From assembly GCF_009914755.1 (NCBI RefSeq), contig NC_060942.1: DNA of 64,000 nucleotides, one strand, 5' to 3'. Position 1 is the stretch's first letter; every line of letters begins with the position of its first letter. The notes beneath the pieces were generated by a model. The model was given only the letters and a program-made list of their open reading frames with translations, was not told where the DNA came from and made no database searches. This DNA comes from the human T2T-CHM13v2.0 reference genome, Homo sapiens. Positions 1-15,710 of this stretch are shown here, one piece after another. Made by a program: the position numbers and the translations under genes.

Positions 1-1322
<1,322 letters not shown>

Positions 1323-1385
1323 TATGATGTTAGCTGGTTATTTTGCTCATTAGTTGATGAAATTTCTTCCCAGCCTCAATGGTCT

Positions 1386-2402
1386 TTACAATTTGGCATG
1401 ATTTTGCAGTGGCTGGTACCGGTTGTTCCTTTCCATGTTTAGTGCTTCCTTCAGGAACTCTTTTAGGGCAGGCCTGGTGGTGACAAAATCTCTCAGCATT
1501 TGCTTGTCTGTAAAGTATTTTATTTCTCTTCACTTATGAAGCCCAGTTTGGCTGGATATGAAATTCTGGGTTGAAAATTCTTTTCTTTAAGAATGTTGAA
1601 TATTGGCCCCCACTCTCTTCTGGCTTGTAGAGTTTCTGCCAAGAGATCCGCTGTTAGTCTGAGGGGCTTCCCTTTGTGGGTAACCCGACCTTTCTCTCTG
1701 GCTGCCCTTAACATTTTTTCCTTCATTTCTACTTTGGTGAATCTGACAATTATGATTCTTGGAGTTGCTCTTCTCAAGGAGTATCTTTGTGGCGTTCTCT
1801 GTATTTCCTGAATCTGAATGTTGGCCTGCCTTGCTAGATTGGGGAAGTTCTCCTGGATAATATCCTGCAGAGTGTTTTCCAACTTGATTCCATTCTCCCC
1901 GTCACTTTCAGGTACACCAATCAGATGTAGATTTGGTCTTTTCACATAGTCCCATATTTCTTAGAGGCTTTGTTCATTTTCTTTTTATTCTTTTTTCTCT
2001 AAGCTTCCCTTCTTGCTTCATTTCATTCATTTCGTCTTCCATCACTGATACCCTTTCTTCCAGTTGATCATGTCGGCTCCTGAGGCTTCTGCATTCTTCA
2101 CATAGTTCTCAAGCCTTGGCTTTCAGCTCCATCAGCTCCTTTAAGCACTTCTCTGTATTGGTTATTCTAGTTATACATTCGTCTAAATGTTTTTCAAAGT
2201 TTTTAACTTCTTTGCTTTTGGTTTGCATTTCCTCCTGTAGCTCGGAGTAGTTTGATCGTCTGAAGCCTTCTTCTCTCAACTCGTCAAAGTCATTCTCCGT
2301 CCAGCTTTGTTCCGTTGCTGGTGAGGAACTGCGTTCCTTTGGAGGAGGAGAGGCGCTCTGCTTTTTAGAGTTTCCAGTTTTTCTGCTCTGTTTTTTCCCC
2401 AT
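1386..2402 (-). pseudogene. L1 ORF1p, disrupted (premature stop near 2109; frameshift near 1520)
   Basis: ORF track fragments 2109-2402 and 1520-1945 carry ORF1p sequence (KRPNLHLIGVPE, ARREWGPIF, PRISYPAKL). The stop is consistent with CGA>TGA decay. Confidence 0.93.
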
Positions 2403-2985
2403 CTTTGTGGTTTTATCTACTTTTGGTCTTTGATGATGGTGATGTACAGATGGGTTTTTGGTGTGGATGTCCTTTCTGTTTGTTAGTTTTCCTTCTAGCA
2501 GACAGGACCCTCAGCTACATGTCTGTTGGAGTTTGCTAGAGGTCCACTCCAGACCCTGTTTGCCTGGGTATCAGCAGCAGTGGCTGCAGAACAGCGGATT
2601 TTCGTGAACCGCGAATGCTGCTGTCTGATCGTTCCTCTGGAAGGTTTGTCTCAGAGGAGTACCCGGCCGTGTGAGGTGTCAGTCTGCCCCTACTGGGGGG
2701 TGCCTCCCAATCAGGCTGCTCAGGGGTCAGGGGTCAGGGATCCACTTGAGGAGTCAGTCTGCCCGTTCTCAGATCTCCAGCTGCGTGCTGGGAGAACCAC
2801 TGCTCTCCTCAAAGCTTTCAGACAGGGACATTTAAGTCTGCAGAGGTTACTGCTGTCTTTTTGTTTGTCTGTGCCCTGCCCCCAGAGGTGGAGCCTACAG
2901 AGGCAGGCATGCCTCCTTGAGCTGTGGTGGGCTCCACCCAGTTCGAGCTTCCCGGCTGCTTTGTTTCCCTAAGTGAGCCTGGGCA

Positions 2986-3153
2986 ATGGCGGGCGCCCCT
3001 CCCCCAGCCTCGCTTCTGCCTTGCAGTTTGGTCTCAGACTGCTGTGCTAGCAATCAGCGAGACTCCGTGGGCGTAGGACCCTCCGAGCCAGGTGCAGGAT
3101 ATAATCTCCTGGTGCGCCGTTTTTCTAAGCCCGTCGGAAAAGCGCAGTATTAG
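2986..3153 (+). pseudogene. L1 antisense ORF0 homolog, truncated to 55 aa
   Basis: ATG at 2986 reads MAGAPPPASLLPCSLVSDCCASNQRDSVGVGPSEPGAGYNLLVRRF, then a 1-nt shift leads to TAG at 3151-3153. Confidence 0.8.
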
Positions 3154-3925
3154 GGTGGGAGTGACCCGATTTTCCAGGTGCTGTCTGTCACCCCTTTCTT
3201 TGACTAGGAAAGGGAACTCCCTGACCCCTTGCACTTCCCGAGTGAGGCAATGCCTCGCCCTGCTTCGGCTCATGCACGGTGCGCTGCACCCACTGTCCTG
3301 TGCCCACTGTCTGGCACTCCCTAGTGAGATGAACCTGGTACCTCAGATGGAAATGCAGAAATCACCCGTCTTCTGCATCGCTCACGCTGGGAGCTGTAGA
3401 CCAGAGCTGTTCCTATTCGGCCATCTTGGCTGCTGCTCCTCAAAAGTTCATGCTTTTCTGTTTCACCATGGTGTCCCCAGGAGTTAGCCCAGCACCCAGT
3501 GCAAACCATCTCCCACAAAGCCACGTGGCCTTTGTGTCTCCATGGCCTCAGTGGCTCATTTGTGATGGTGAACTGCAGTGCCCAGTACACATAGTGGCAG
3601 CAGTGGTAGAAGTGCCCAGGAGGCCCCTAGGTATCCAGCAGAGATGGGGCTAGCTTAGACGAGAAACAAAAAGGCAGAGAGCACGATGGTAACTGAATAA
3701 GAGACCATGGGGATCTTTCTGAACCCTTTAGAAGGGGTGCCTATTTCGGGAAGCCGAGGTCCTGCATGCACAACTAGGGGCACAAATGAATTGATGTCAA
3801 GGGATTACCATTAAGGTTACCCTATCTTTATACAACAAAATGGGTGCAAGGTAGCAAATGCACTGCTTGCAAAGCCATCTGGTGTTTGACTATGCATTTT
3901 GTAGCTGAATATCATCAACCTCCAA

Positions 3926-3970
3926 ATAAGTTAGTGGAATATTTCCAGATAAGTTAGTGGAATATTTCCA
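3926..3970. repeat. Tandem duplication, 22 bp x2 (period 23)
   Basis: ATAAGTTAGTGGAATATTTCCA at 3926-3947 and 3949-3970. Confidence 0.95.
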
Positions 3971-4576
3971 TAGGCTAACACATACAAATATCCTGACCAT
4001 TACCTGAAACCTGGAGCTTTTGTCTAACATTTTGGCTTTGTGTAACTATGTTATAATACTTCCAGTTTTATGATTTAATTTACAAGTTCAATACCTTCTA
4101 CAAAGGTAGCTCTAAATGCCAGAAAACCCTAAAGAAGTGAAATGTTTTTATATTCATCTCCCCCTACCAGCCCTTGGTCAAGAATAGTTATAATTATCAG
4201 TTCAAATTATATAAAAATTATTGCTCCTGGAATTCTTTTTCATTTTTTTTGTTATTGCTGTTTAGTAAAGTCTATTTCTTCATAAATACTAAGAAAATCC
4301 AGGCCTTGGTCAGATAGTGGAATTTTAGTGGAATTCAGATTAGTGCAGTTTAATCATAAGAACCATTTACATTTTCCCATTTGTGTTAAGTTCTAGCTAT
4401 TTGCCCTGCATATAGAGAATATAGAGTAGATAGCTTTCAATATCATCTTATGTGTAATTTAGTGACTTTGAGACTAGATGTGCCTGTCTGGAACAACTGT
4501 CTCATTAATCATTAGGATTCTTGGATTATTTTCTTGACCTGGTATAGTCATTGTCAGAAAAATTTTGGCAGTTGTT

Positions 4577-4595
4577 TAGTGCCATCTAGTGGGCA
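4577..4595 (-). promoter_or_regulatory. CTCF motif
   Basis: Minus strand TGCCCACTAGATGGCACTA matches the CCASYAGRKGGCRS core at every position and lies in apparently unique DNA. Confidence 0.7.
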
Positions 4596-6638
4596 CTTTC
4601 TTGTGAAAAACAAAAAACTCTTATTTAACAGAAAGGATTGTTGCATTTTATTATTTATAAAATCATGGTATGCAATATTAATTTCAGATTTTATAAATTA
4701 GGATATAATAGAGCTATCAAATGTTAGAATTGTTTACTATTGCATTAAATAACTTGTTTTTCAATTAGCTAAGAAATACATTAAGATTGCCCAAACCGCT
4801 TACACTCTTTTTTATTGAAAAAAATTGAAGTTTTCAAACCTAATTGAAAACTCCACAACACATATTTCTCATTAATTCAAAATTTTAAATTATTCTATGC
4901 AGAAGAAGTGAGTTGATAGTGCCATTAAGTGTACAAGTGTTAATAAAGAATGTAATTTCTTACCAAATTACTTAGTTTAGATAGCATATGATTTACTACA
5001 AATAAATATTTCAGGGAAATAATCTAGCATATTTTAGCATAACAATCATGATGGTATTTCTATAAAATTTTGTTCTTCATTAGTTTCAGAAACAGAATAT
5101 CAGAGTATATTTTCCCATTATTAAATAAAATTTCTTTTTAAGTAATCACTTTTTCTAGCTCAACATAGAATATATGTGTGTGCTTATTGGTCAACATCAT
5201 TTATTGAATAGCAGGTGCTGCGGAGTGATAAATAGATAAAAAACATCTTTGGCAATGGTGCTAGCGCGTGAGCACAGTTGAAAATATAGTGGGATGCAAA
5301 AAACTAGAGTTCACACATATTAAAATCTGAAGCCTTTCTCTTAATTGACAAGAACTTGGTAATAATGAGAGCTACGCAATGTTGAGATGACTTGTCTTGT
5401 GAGATATGGATCTCTCTTTCACTAGATGTGTTCAAACAGTAGTTGCATGATGATGATGATGACAATCATGTACCAAGAACTGTTCTCTTTCTTTTCATGA
5501 ATTATATTAACCCGTTCCTAATCATGAATTATGTTAACTACCAATTCACATGGTAGTATTCATCATGTGAATATGATTAACGTGCCCTGTTCTCAACATA
5601 GCTAAGAAGATAGTCTTGCAATATTTTTTGCATATTGCAGTACGTATTCTCATGCTCAATTAGATTATTTAAATCATAAATGATAGCTTTCTCACTAATT
5701 TCCTTCAGACTCTGACAGCAGAAACAGAGGGTGAAAGACAGGGAAGCCAGCAGTGATATGATTCAATTTCCCAAGAGCCAAGTGGTAAAAGGACTTATGA
5801 TAAGATTTTATTTCATTTTATGCAAATTAAATAATAAGACATTTCTTTCTTATCTGAGTCTGTATTTGCAAAATGATACCCATCAGATGGGTACTATATG
5901 TCAAAATAGAGAAGTTAAACATTTAAGTTGAAAATATTATTTGCACCGAGGTCAACTTTGATTTCAACATCTGATAGATGAGCAGCAAGGCCCTCTATTC
6001 AGGACTTTCCCACCTGTTTAGACTGAGAGGACTGAAGAAGCAGAGCAAGAAATCTGTGCTCCTGAGGCTAAGGGTCATAGTAGCATGGGCGTGCAAGGCA
6101 ACAAAACAGGTTGAACAAACAAAAGAAGATGACGCGGGCTGAGCAAGGCATGTGTGTGTCAGGGGTCAGGCCAAGAGAGAGACTGTCAGCCACAAATGCC
6201 TGCTTCCAATCAGCATGATTAAGGGTCTCAGGAATGGAAGCACAGGCAATTAGAGAAGAGTTTTACCTATTTTTCACCTTCTACCCCATTAAGAGTCAGT
6301 CTTTAGCGATTCTCCTGAAAACATCTACAAAATGTAACCAGTGATATTCAAAGGCAATGACTCCCTGACGTGGACCTTGGCTGATACTAAAAACCACAGC
6401 TCAGGGAGGCACAGGAGTGGGATTGGAATGAGTTCCCTTTCATACCCATTAGCAGTTGTCTAGACTTTGAAATTTATTCATCAAAAAAAAAAAAATAGCA
6501 GCACTGTGTTTTGTTTCTAGCGGTATTAATAAAAAATATCTTCTGATACATAGTTCACAAAAATATTAGCCTATCACAGGCTGCAGAAATCTTTTTCTCC
6601 TTTCCCTGAAATAGATAATATAATTCTATGCTCTATAG

Positions 6639-6953
6639 CAGGACTCCTCAACCCCTGACAGTTCATGGCCTGGTAGGAACTGGGCCGCACAGCAGGAGGT
6701 GAGCCACGGTTAAGCAACCAAAGCTCAGCTCTGCCTCCTGTCAGATCAGTAGTGGCATTAGAGTCTCATAGGAGTGTGAACCCTATTGTGAACTGTGCAT
6801 GTGAGTGATATAGGTTGCACCCTCCTTATGAGAATCTAATGATAAATGTAATGGGCTTGAATCATCCCGAAACCATCCTACCACCCTCCCATCAGTGGAA
6901 AATTTGTCTTCTATGAAACTGGTCCCTGGTGCCAAAAAGGTTGGGGACCACTG
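6639..6953. mobile_element. MER1B-type hAT-Charlie MITE
   Basis: TIRs CAGGACTCCTCAACC...GGTTGGGGACCACTG, internal GCCGCACAGCAGGAGGTGAGC, and degenerate 8-bp TSD CTCTATAG/ACCTGTAG. Confidence 0.85.
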
Positions 6954-7502
6954 ACCTGTAGGGAATCCTGGCTTCAAAGAGATTATTTTGGGTGGCACCA
7001 AGAGCAATCCTTGTCTTTGTTCACACAGTTGCTGGGCTATCACACCAGCATACACAGAGTTTCATCCTCCCAACTAAAATGTTGGAAGCGCTTACAGATT
7101 GGCCCGTGGTTAGCCAAGGGTGAAATAGTGTTTGCTTCTTTGTGGAAAATTTCCACTTCCTAGGCTTGGCATTTGGAGGTCTAAGTCAAGAGCATTGATT
7201 TCACAGCAGTGGGCTCTTTACTTCTAAGGCTGTGTTTTACTCATGTTGGTTTGTCATTGGATGGGCTCCCAGTCTCACTTGAAAGCATTTCTGCTGAAAA
7301 TAATAATAATCTTGGCAGAGCATAGACTAATATGGCTTTTAAAGATACATCTCCAATCTCTCCTACACCATGTCTTCTCTGATTCTTGCAGCCAAAAGTG
7401 GCCACTCCTTCCTCTAAATGTCCATGCAAATCTGTTCGTACTTCATATGTCATTCACCACATTCTAGTTATATTATACCACAGTATAATTACTTTTTAAT
7501 AT

Positions 7503-7735
7503 AGCATAGTGTTTAAGTCTGATTAAAAAACTTGGGCTCTGAATTCATAGATATTTGGGTTTGAATCTTTGCTCAGACACTTGCAGGTTATGTGACTTTG
7601 GACATGTTGCCTGACTTTGTCTCACCTGTAAAATGGGGATAAAGAGAGAATGTAGCCCTCAGAGTAGCTGTGGGAATTAATGAGAATTAAGCATCTAGCA
7701 CAGAATAATTGCCCAATAAATATTAACTTTTATTA
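7503..7735 (+). mobile_element. MIR SINE
   Basis: TGGGTTTGAATC, TGTGACTTTGGACA and CTCACCTGTAAAATGGGGATAA core. Confidence 0.8.
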
Positions 7736-7751
7736 TCTTCTCTCTAATTAA

Positions 7752-7870
7752 CCTATAAGCTTTTTTTTTAAGAGCAAAACACATGTTTTATTCAACAGTG
7801 TACTAGTCTAGTAGCCCATGGCATAGTGTCTTACACAAAGTAAGCACTCAAAAGTAATTTTGAATGGATA
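7752..7870 (+). mobile_element. L2 3' end fragment
   Basis: GCATAGTGTCTTACACAAAGTAAGCACTCAAAAGTAATTTTGAATG resembles the L2 tail. Confidence 0.55.
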
Positions 7871-7939
7871 AGAGAATGGCGAGGCCTCGAGATTATGAAA
7901 CATGAAAAGGAGACAGGAAGAGAAGCTCATGAAGGAGCC

Positions 7940-7998
7940 TGTATTAGTCCATTCTCTCATTGCTGAAAGGAACTACCTGAGTCTGGGTAATTTATGAA
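7940..7998 (-). mobile_element. MST/THE1 MaLR LTR terminal fragment
   Basis: TGTATTAGTCCATTCTC...ACCTGAGTCTGGGTAATTTATGAA. Confidence 0.8.
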
Positions 7999-8116
7999 TC
8001 ACTTGAACCCGGGAGGCAGAGGTTGCAGTGAACCAAGATTGTGCCATTGCAATCCAGCCTGGGTGAAAGAGTGAAACTCTGTCTCAAAAAAAAAAAGAAA
8101 AAAAAGAAAAGAAAAA
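7996..8116 (+). mobile_element. Alu right-arm 3' fragment with A-tail
   Basis: GAATCACTTGAACCCGGGAGGCAGAGGTTGCAGTG...CTCAAAAA. Confidence 0.92.
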
Positions 8117-8799
8117 TAACTTGTCCAAGGTCACATTGTTATTAACAAGCAGAATTGAGCTTTGAGTGAAGTACTTGTTCTATGACACTCTCCATCCAAC
8201 TAAACTTTGCCTTCCATATTTGTTGGCTTATTTTGTCCTGGGAAGGACTGTGTTTCTAGAGCACAGACTTTTCTCACCTTGTCTGAGTCCTTAACATCAG
8301 CCTAAGGGATGCTGTGTCACACAAGGCCTAACATGGTCAGTCAGATTACTCAAGGTCTAATTTGGACGGCTGCATGCTTAATCTATTCAATCCTGTGCTT
8401 AATAGGCCATTAAAAGGGCTGACAACACAGTCCCCAGAATGCCTTGGAAGATTCATTAGTCACACACAGGGGCTGCTTTTGTGCTTCACACAAACAAGGC
8501 CATCTGAGAAAGCAAAAGAGGATAACATTTTAAATCCTCTATTCCTACACTTCATTTTTTTGTTTGCTTTTACCTTTTGCTGATTTTCCCTTCGGACATA
8601 GGGAACTTTTTTCACATTCTTTAGATCCTAGGCTCTGCCCCAAATTTATCTCTGCCAGAATTCACCTAGGTATACATTCAAGGAAAGAACTAAAGTGAAA
8701 TATGATGAGCAGTTTCTAAGTACTTTAACTGATATGGTGTATAACAAGTATTTTGAGAGAGATCTAAATTTAAAAAAATACACCTAGCATATTATGTTA

Positions 8800-9990
8800 T
8801 GCTACTTCATTAAAAATTAGAGACAAAATTGAATTCCTATTTATACACGCATACTGTATCTCTCATACCAAAACTAAGACTTATAAAGATAAATATTAGT
8901 AAATGTTAATCCATGAAAGTCTTTCCATTTTCACATGGAAAAGACACAATAAACCAAAGTCAACAACAAACCGGGAAAAAAATATTTTCAACACATAGAA
9001 AAAAATTTTAAATATTGCTTACATATAATGAGTACTTACAAATTAATAAGATTTTTATAGGCACACACTAAGAAAGAGTAACAAAGGACATTGATGTGCT
9101 TGTCACAGAAGAAGTCTATGTAATGAATAAAAACAGAGGGTAAGATACTTGACCTCATAGTTAAATATATAGAAATTGAAATAAAAGTGATATATTTTTA
9201 TTACTAGGTTTAGACAAATTTTCTGAAAATTAATGACTTTTTAAGAAGACATAACTATTTGGTATTTGTGACCCCACTAGAAAAGGAACATGCCTGTAAG
9301 AACACTTCCTGAAATATACACTAAAAAGTAAAGTATCAGCAGACTCTGCTACTAGCTTTGCTCATTGGATGTGGAGACATGAGCTCTCTTTCCCGCTATG
9401 TTTCTCCACCTTCCAGCTATTCCTAGAGAGTTGGCCATGAGCCTCAGTGGACACATGACCTAGGTCCTCAGGGGTTCCCAAAGGAAATTTGAGTTTTGAG
9501 GCATTTGAAAGAGGAAGAAATATCTCTTCCTCTGAATTTTTTTCCAAAGGAGATAAGTAGATATTTTAACAAAGGCATTTCAGTCAATGAAAGGTGGTGA
9601 TTATGAGAGAGGTTCCAATGACAGTTCTGCCACTTATTATCTGAGTTACTCTGGGAAAGGGCCTTATTTCCTCTAAGTGTCAAATGTCCAAATGTTTTTT
9701 ATACATTCTGAAAAAGTAGAGCAATCAAGAGTAATAAACCAGGTAATAAAACATACTATCAAGAACTAATAATTAAAACAGTGTGGTACTGGCAGACAGA
9801 GACCCATGCGAAAGCATATACAATCTAGAAAGAGATTCCCTCCCCTCAATATAAGAGTTCAGTAATAAAGATGGGATCTTATACCAATAAGCAAAATGTG
9901 AACTATACTTAATAAACAGCATCTCTATTTAACAGCAATCTGGGGAGGGGGGAAGCTGCATCCATACCTTATACCTTACACCAGGATAGG
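8800..9990 (+). mobile_element. Degraded L1M ORF2 fragments (discontinuous)
   Basis: A-rich tract with AATTAAAACAGTGTGGTACTGGC and CATACCTTATACCTTACACC, typical of old L1 ORF2. Confidence 0.5.
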
Positions 9991-10074
9991 AGAGTTTAAT
10001 TTTCTGAGTTGCCCAAAAGAAAAGATCCATAGTTACAGACACTAGGGGTTTTCTTTCTGATCATCTAATGGTAA

Positions 10075-10437
<363 letters not shown>

Positions 10438-10452
10438 TAATCAAAAAATATA

Positions 10453-10745
<293 letters not shown>

Positions 10746-10769
10746 GAAATAGAAATATATACAACATTA

Positions 10770-10884
10770 ACTATAAGTTTTATGAGGACAGGGCTCATGT
10801 CTGTTTTGCTGACTCACGTCTGTTAAATGTGTAGCAGAGGTCTTGAGATATGTGAGGCACTCTATGTCCTACTTGTTGAATGAC
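10770..10884 (+). mobile_element. L2 3' end fragment
   Basis: CTATAAGTTTTATGAGGACAGGG...TACTTGTTGAATGA. Confidence 0.6.
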
Positions 10885-11741
10885 TCCAGAGGCAAGAGGA
10901 AGAATTAATTGTGGCATTGTGAGAAGAGAAGACTGTCCATCTACTTTCTGGATTTAGAGGAAAACTGTATAGGAGATGATAGATGATAAAAGAGATAGAG
11001 GCTCATAGCAGAGCTGCGAGAAATGGAGAAAGACCCTCCGTAGAAAGATCATAACCTCTGCTTAACGCTTTGTGTCAAAGAACCCTGTCCTCTCAAAAGG
11101 AAAATGAGGGGAGATCCAAATCTGGGTAAATATAGACTGCATTTAGAAGGGATGAAGTAAATATTATCTGTATTGCAAGCAAATATTTCCTAAACATACT
11201 TAGCTTAGAAAAAAAAGCAGCAAGCAGCAACCAGGTGACAAATGAGTACTATGGTAGGTTTTTACATTTATGTTTATCTGTGTATATGTGTGTTTATATA
11301 TACATGTAAATAATGAAAAACATATAGCAACCCTTTGCAGTGGTCTTCCCTGGAAAATGGCAGGATAATGAGGGGTCTGAATTTTTACAATGTGCATGTG
11401 CTTTTATAATCATCAAAAACAATAGGAATCCTTTTTCATGGCTAATACTTAGGGAAATATGATCAATTCTAAAATTAATCTAAGTAAACCAAAGGAAATG
11501 TGCCTTTTCTTTTGTGTGCCTCTTCATTTCTCTTCTGCAAATCAATATCAATGTACTGTTACTCTTCAGTTACATGGTAATGGAGATGTATTTTGTATGA
11601 AATCTGCTAGACAGATAATGTTTCTTCTCTTTGGTTCCAGCATAAACGTATGCTTTCTCTTTGTGTGGGAAAGGCCATAGGAATAAATCATGACTCTTGC
11701 GTCAAATAGCTAGGCCTGTGATGACTTAAGATCCAGGAATT

Positions 11742-12030
<289 letters not shown>

Positions 12031-13889
12031 GACAAGCAAATCCATGAATCACCTCATATGTTCCAAATTCATTCTATAATTGATTCAAAATTCAAGTATT
12101 GCACAGCTCAGCTAGGGCTATTGTTCTCCACAATTGTATTTGGGGTTAAAGTATTTTATGGAGTGAAACCTAAAACCACTAGGCCTCCAAAGATGTCCAT
12201 GAAATATAAAAATACAGAACAACAGATGCACAGTTCTAGAAAAGTAAAAATAGGCTTGCAAAATATTAACCTATCACAAGGCAGGGATGACCAAAGCCAC
12301 CATCCCTTTCTGTCCAAGGGGTCAGCTTCTTCTAGAGCAGAGCCCAATAGCCTTGGAGACTTACTACCTGATCTTTCCTCTGAAAAGTAAGCCTTAAGTT
12401 CTCAGCTTCAGATGTGATTCTAAGAAAATGTCTCAAACAAGTATTTCTAACCCTTTTCATAATTATTGCCTGCTTCCCAAGTGATAGAAAATAATCCATG
12501 AAAAGATTGGAATGGCATCTACATATTTTTCTAAGTGGGCTGTATTTGTGAATCTCCCTGTTGGTGCCTACCCTCCGCCTCACTTGCTGGATTTAACAGA
12601 GTTGGCTCTTTGCCATTGACTGTCAGAAATGCTATAAAAAACAGTAGAATGCCTGTGATGGGAAGATTGGACTGTGAGTACATCAGTCCCTCCAGACTTC
12701 CAATTAATCGTCCCAGGTTTTGGACAATATAGTTGTCTGCAGCATTGAATTACATAGCACTTATATGCAATGCTGAATAGTGCTGTTGAGCTAGGATTCC
12801 TTATGACACAGAAAATAATCTCTAAAAATCCAGACCACAAGAAAAGAAACCAACCAGTAGATGTCTCTGTGGTGCTTCAGTTGATCATGTTCTTGCACGA
12901 TTAGCCACAGATGTCTGTGGGTTTGGAAATGCAATGATATGAACATTTGTACCTTTTATTTGGGGCAAGTAGGGGGAGAGACCAAGTGCCCTAGAAATAT
13001 ATCAAAACTCTTCAACAATAAGTTTTTTATACTTTCTGAAAATAAACCTAACATCTGCACGTCTATCTTTTTAAAAAGTGTGTTTTACTTACAAAGATAA
13101 GCAAATATGAAACTTTCAAAAAAATTTGTAAAATGTTCACATTAGTAAATTCAGAAGTGTGTATCCAGGTGAAAGAAGTTTATGCTAAGAAAAAATACTT
13201 CATTTCCTATGAAACAGTTCCAACCCCTGAATAGCAGAGGAAGTGGTTCTATGGAAGGGAACAGGACAGCAGTAAAGAATGTCCAACAGTACAGACGACT
13301 CGGAATTCTGGGGACCACTGAGAACTCATGCTTCTACCTGTTTTACCTTTTAAACATTTTCCTGCTCACCCCAGTGGTGGGCCCCTGAGATGGAGCTTGG
13401 AGCATTGAGATGCTGGGTAACTGTCCTTGGGAAAATCACATGCTACTAAAGACTCTCCCCAACCCTCTTTAGCATGTCAGGATTAAGATTTTCCGGATTT
13501 TGCTAACACTAAAGCAATCACCCTGAATTCATTTTGTAAAGAATATATTTGAAGCAAAATCATTAGAGAGAAGGATTTGCCTATCACAAGGCAGGGATGA
13601 CCGAAGCCGTCATCCCTTTCTGTCAGAGCTTGCCTGCTCTCTAATAATATAAGAAAATTTTAGAAATACATGACTCACTTTAAACAACGGGTATATTTCT
13701 GCGTAATATAGACTTTTTCCTCCTTGTGAATTTATCATAGAAACAATACATATGTAAATTTAGTTAAAAATATCTGTGACAATTATCTTGTGTGGTTAAA
13801 ATCTTTTTCTTCATTTAGTCAAGGGAATAATAAACCCCTAATATGTCTATTCTATAGGTGTAAATTTTTAAATCAATTTTAAATTGATA

Positions 13890-15710
<1,821 letters not shown>

